A stretch of DNA of 63,977 nt, counting the filler, from Basidiobolus ranarum (Eukaryota): assembly GCA_040143965.1 (NCBI GenBank). It is 3 parts of 3 records of this genome, joined end to end, with 100 filler letters (N's around TTAATTAATTAA, not from the genome) between each part and the next. Parts side by side here need not be neighbours in the genome. Positions count along the whole stretch, not along the records: positions 43,070 to 63,977 come from JASJQH010000218.1; 2 more parts are not named here. One strand, 5' to 3'. Positions 63,833 through 63,977 of this stretch are shown piece after piece (position 1 is the first letter of the stretch; every line of letters starts with the position of its first letter). The notes under the pieces were generated by a model. That model worked only from the letters and a program-made list of their open reading frames with translations. It had not been told where the DNA came from and made no database searches. Made by a program: the position numbers and the translations under genes.

Positions 63833-63976
63833 TCATTTCATTAATTGGTTCAATAACTGTTCGGCAGTGAGACAAGGTTGCGTACTATGGTGCGTAGGTG
63901 AGGAGGTCGTAGCGGAAGAGGAATTGGACATGATATAGTCAATAGGATGAGTTGGTGTGAAAAATAAGTCGTCAAA
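63833..63976 (-). CDS. Probable 3' end of a gene entering from beyond the window
   Basis: Frame open from the window edge: FDDLFFTPTHPIDYIMSNSSSATTSSPTHHSTQPCLTAEQLLNQLMK*. Confidence 0.35.
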   Translation of the reverse strand, partial: FDDLFFTPTHPIDYIMSNSSSATTSSPTHHSTQPCLTAEQLLNQLMK

Positions 63977-63977
63977 G

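Overview
Eukaryotic, AT-rich, intron-dense genomic DNA with short GT-AG introns. Gene content points to an early-diverging fungus (Mucoromycota/Zoopagomycota-like; this placement is inference). About 28 protein-coding loci are supported: CRAL-TRIO protein, Rho3, Rab5/Ypt5, CDF zinc transporter, RGS protein, FYVE-RING ligase, Tco89-like protein, PAS-PAS protein, PPR protein, Cid1-family nucleotidyltransferase, OHCU decarboxylase, LRWD1-like WD40, Kre9-like GPI protein, CEP95-like protein, PX-PB1 protein, RACK1 carrying an intronic U24 snoRNA, Kin1 kinase, C2H2 factor, FAD monooxygenase fragment, uS7/RPS5, DCN1, PHD protein, indoleamine 2,3-dioxygenase and a Pcl-type cyclin. Two 100-nt N gaps with an artificial TTAATTAATTAA linker split the window into three contigs. 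The standout is an intronless 1195-aa gene (48912..52499, minus) fusing a complete diflavin (FMN/FAD/NADPH) reductase to an intact hybrid cluster protein (HCP/prismane). It is a candidate self-sufficient NO/hydroxylamine reductase and lies directly downstream of the heme dioxygenase IDO. Family calls come from motif recognition by eye and recalled reference sequences, with no database search. Exon boundaries were read by hand.
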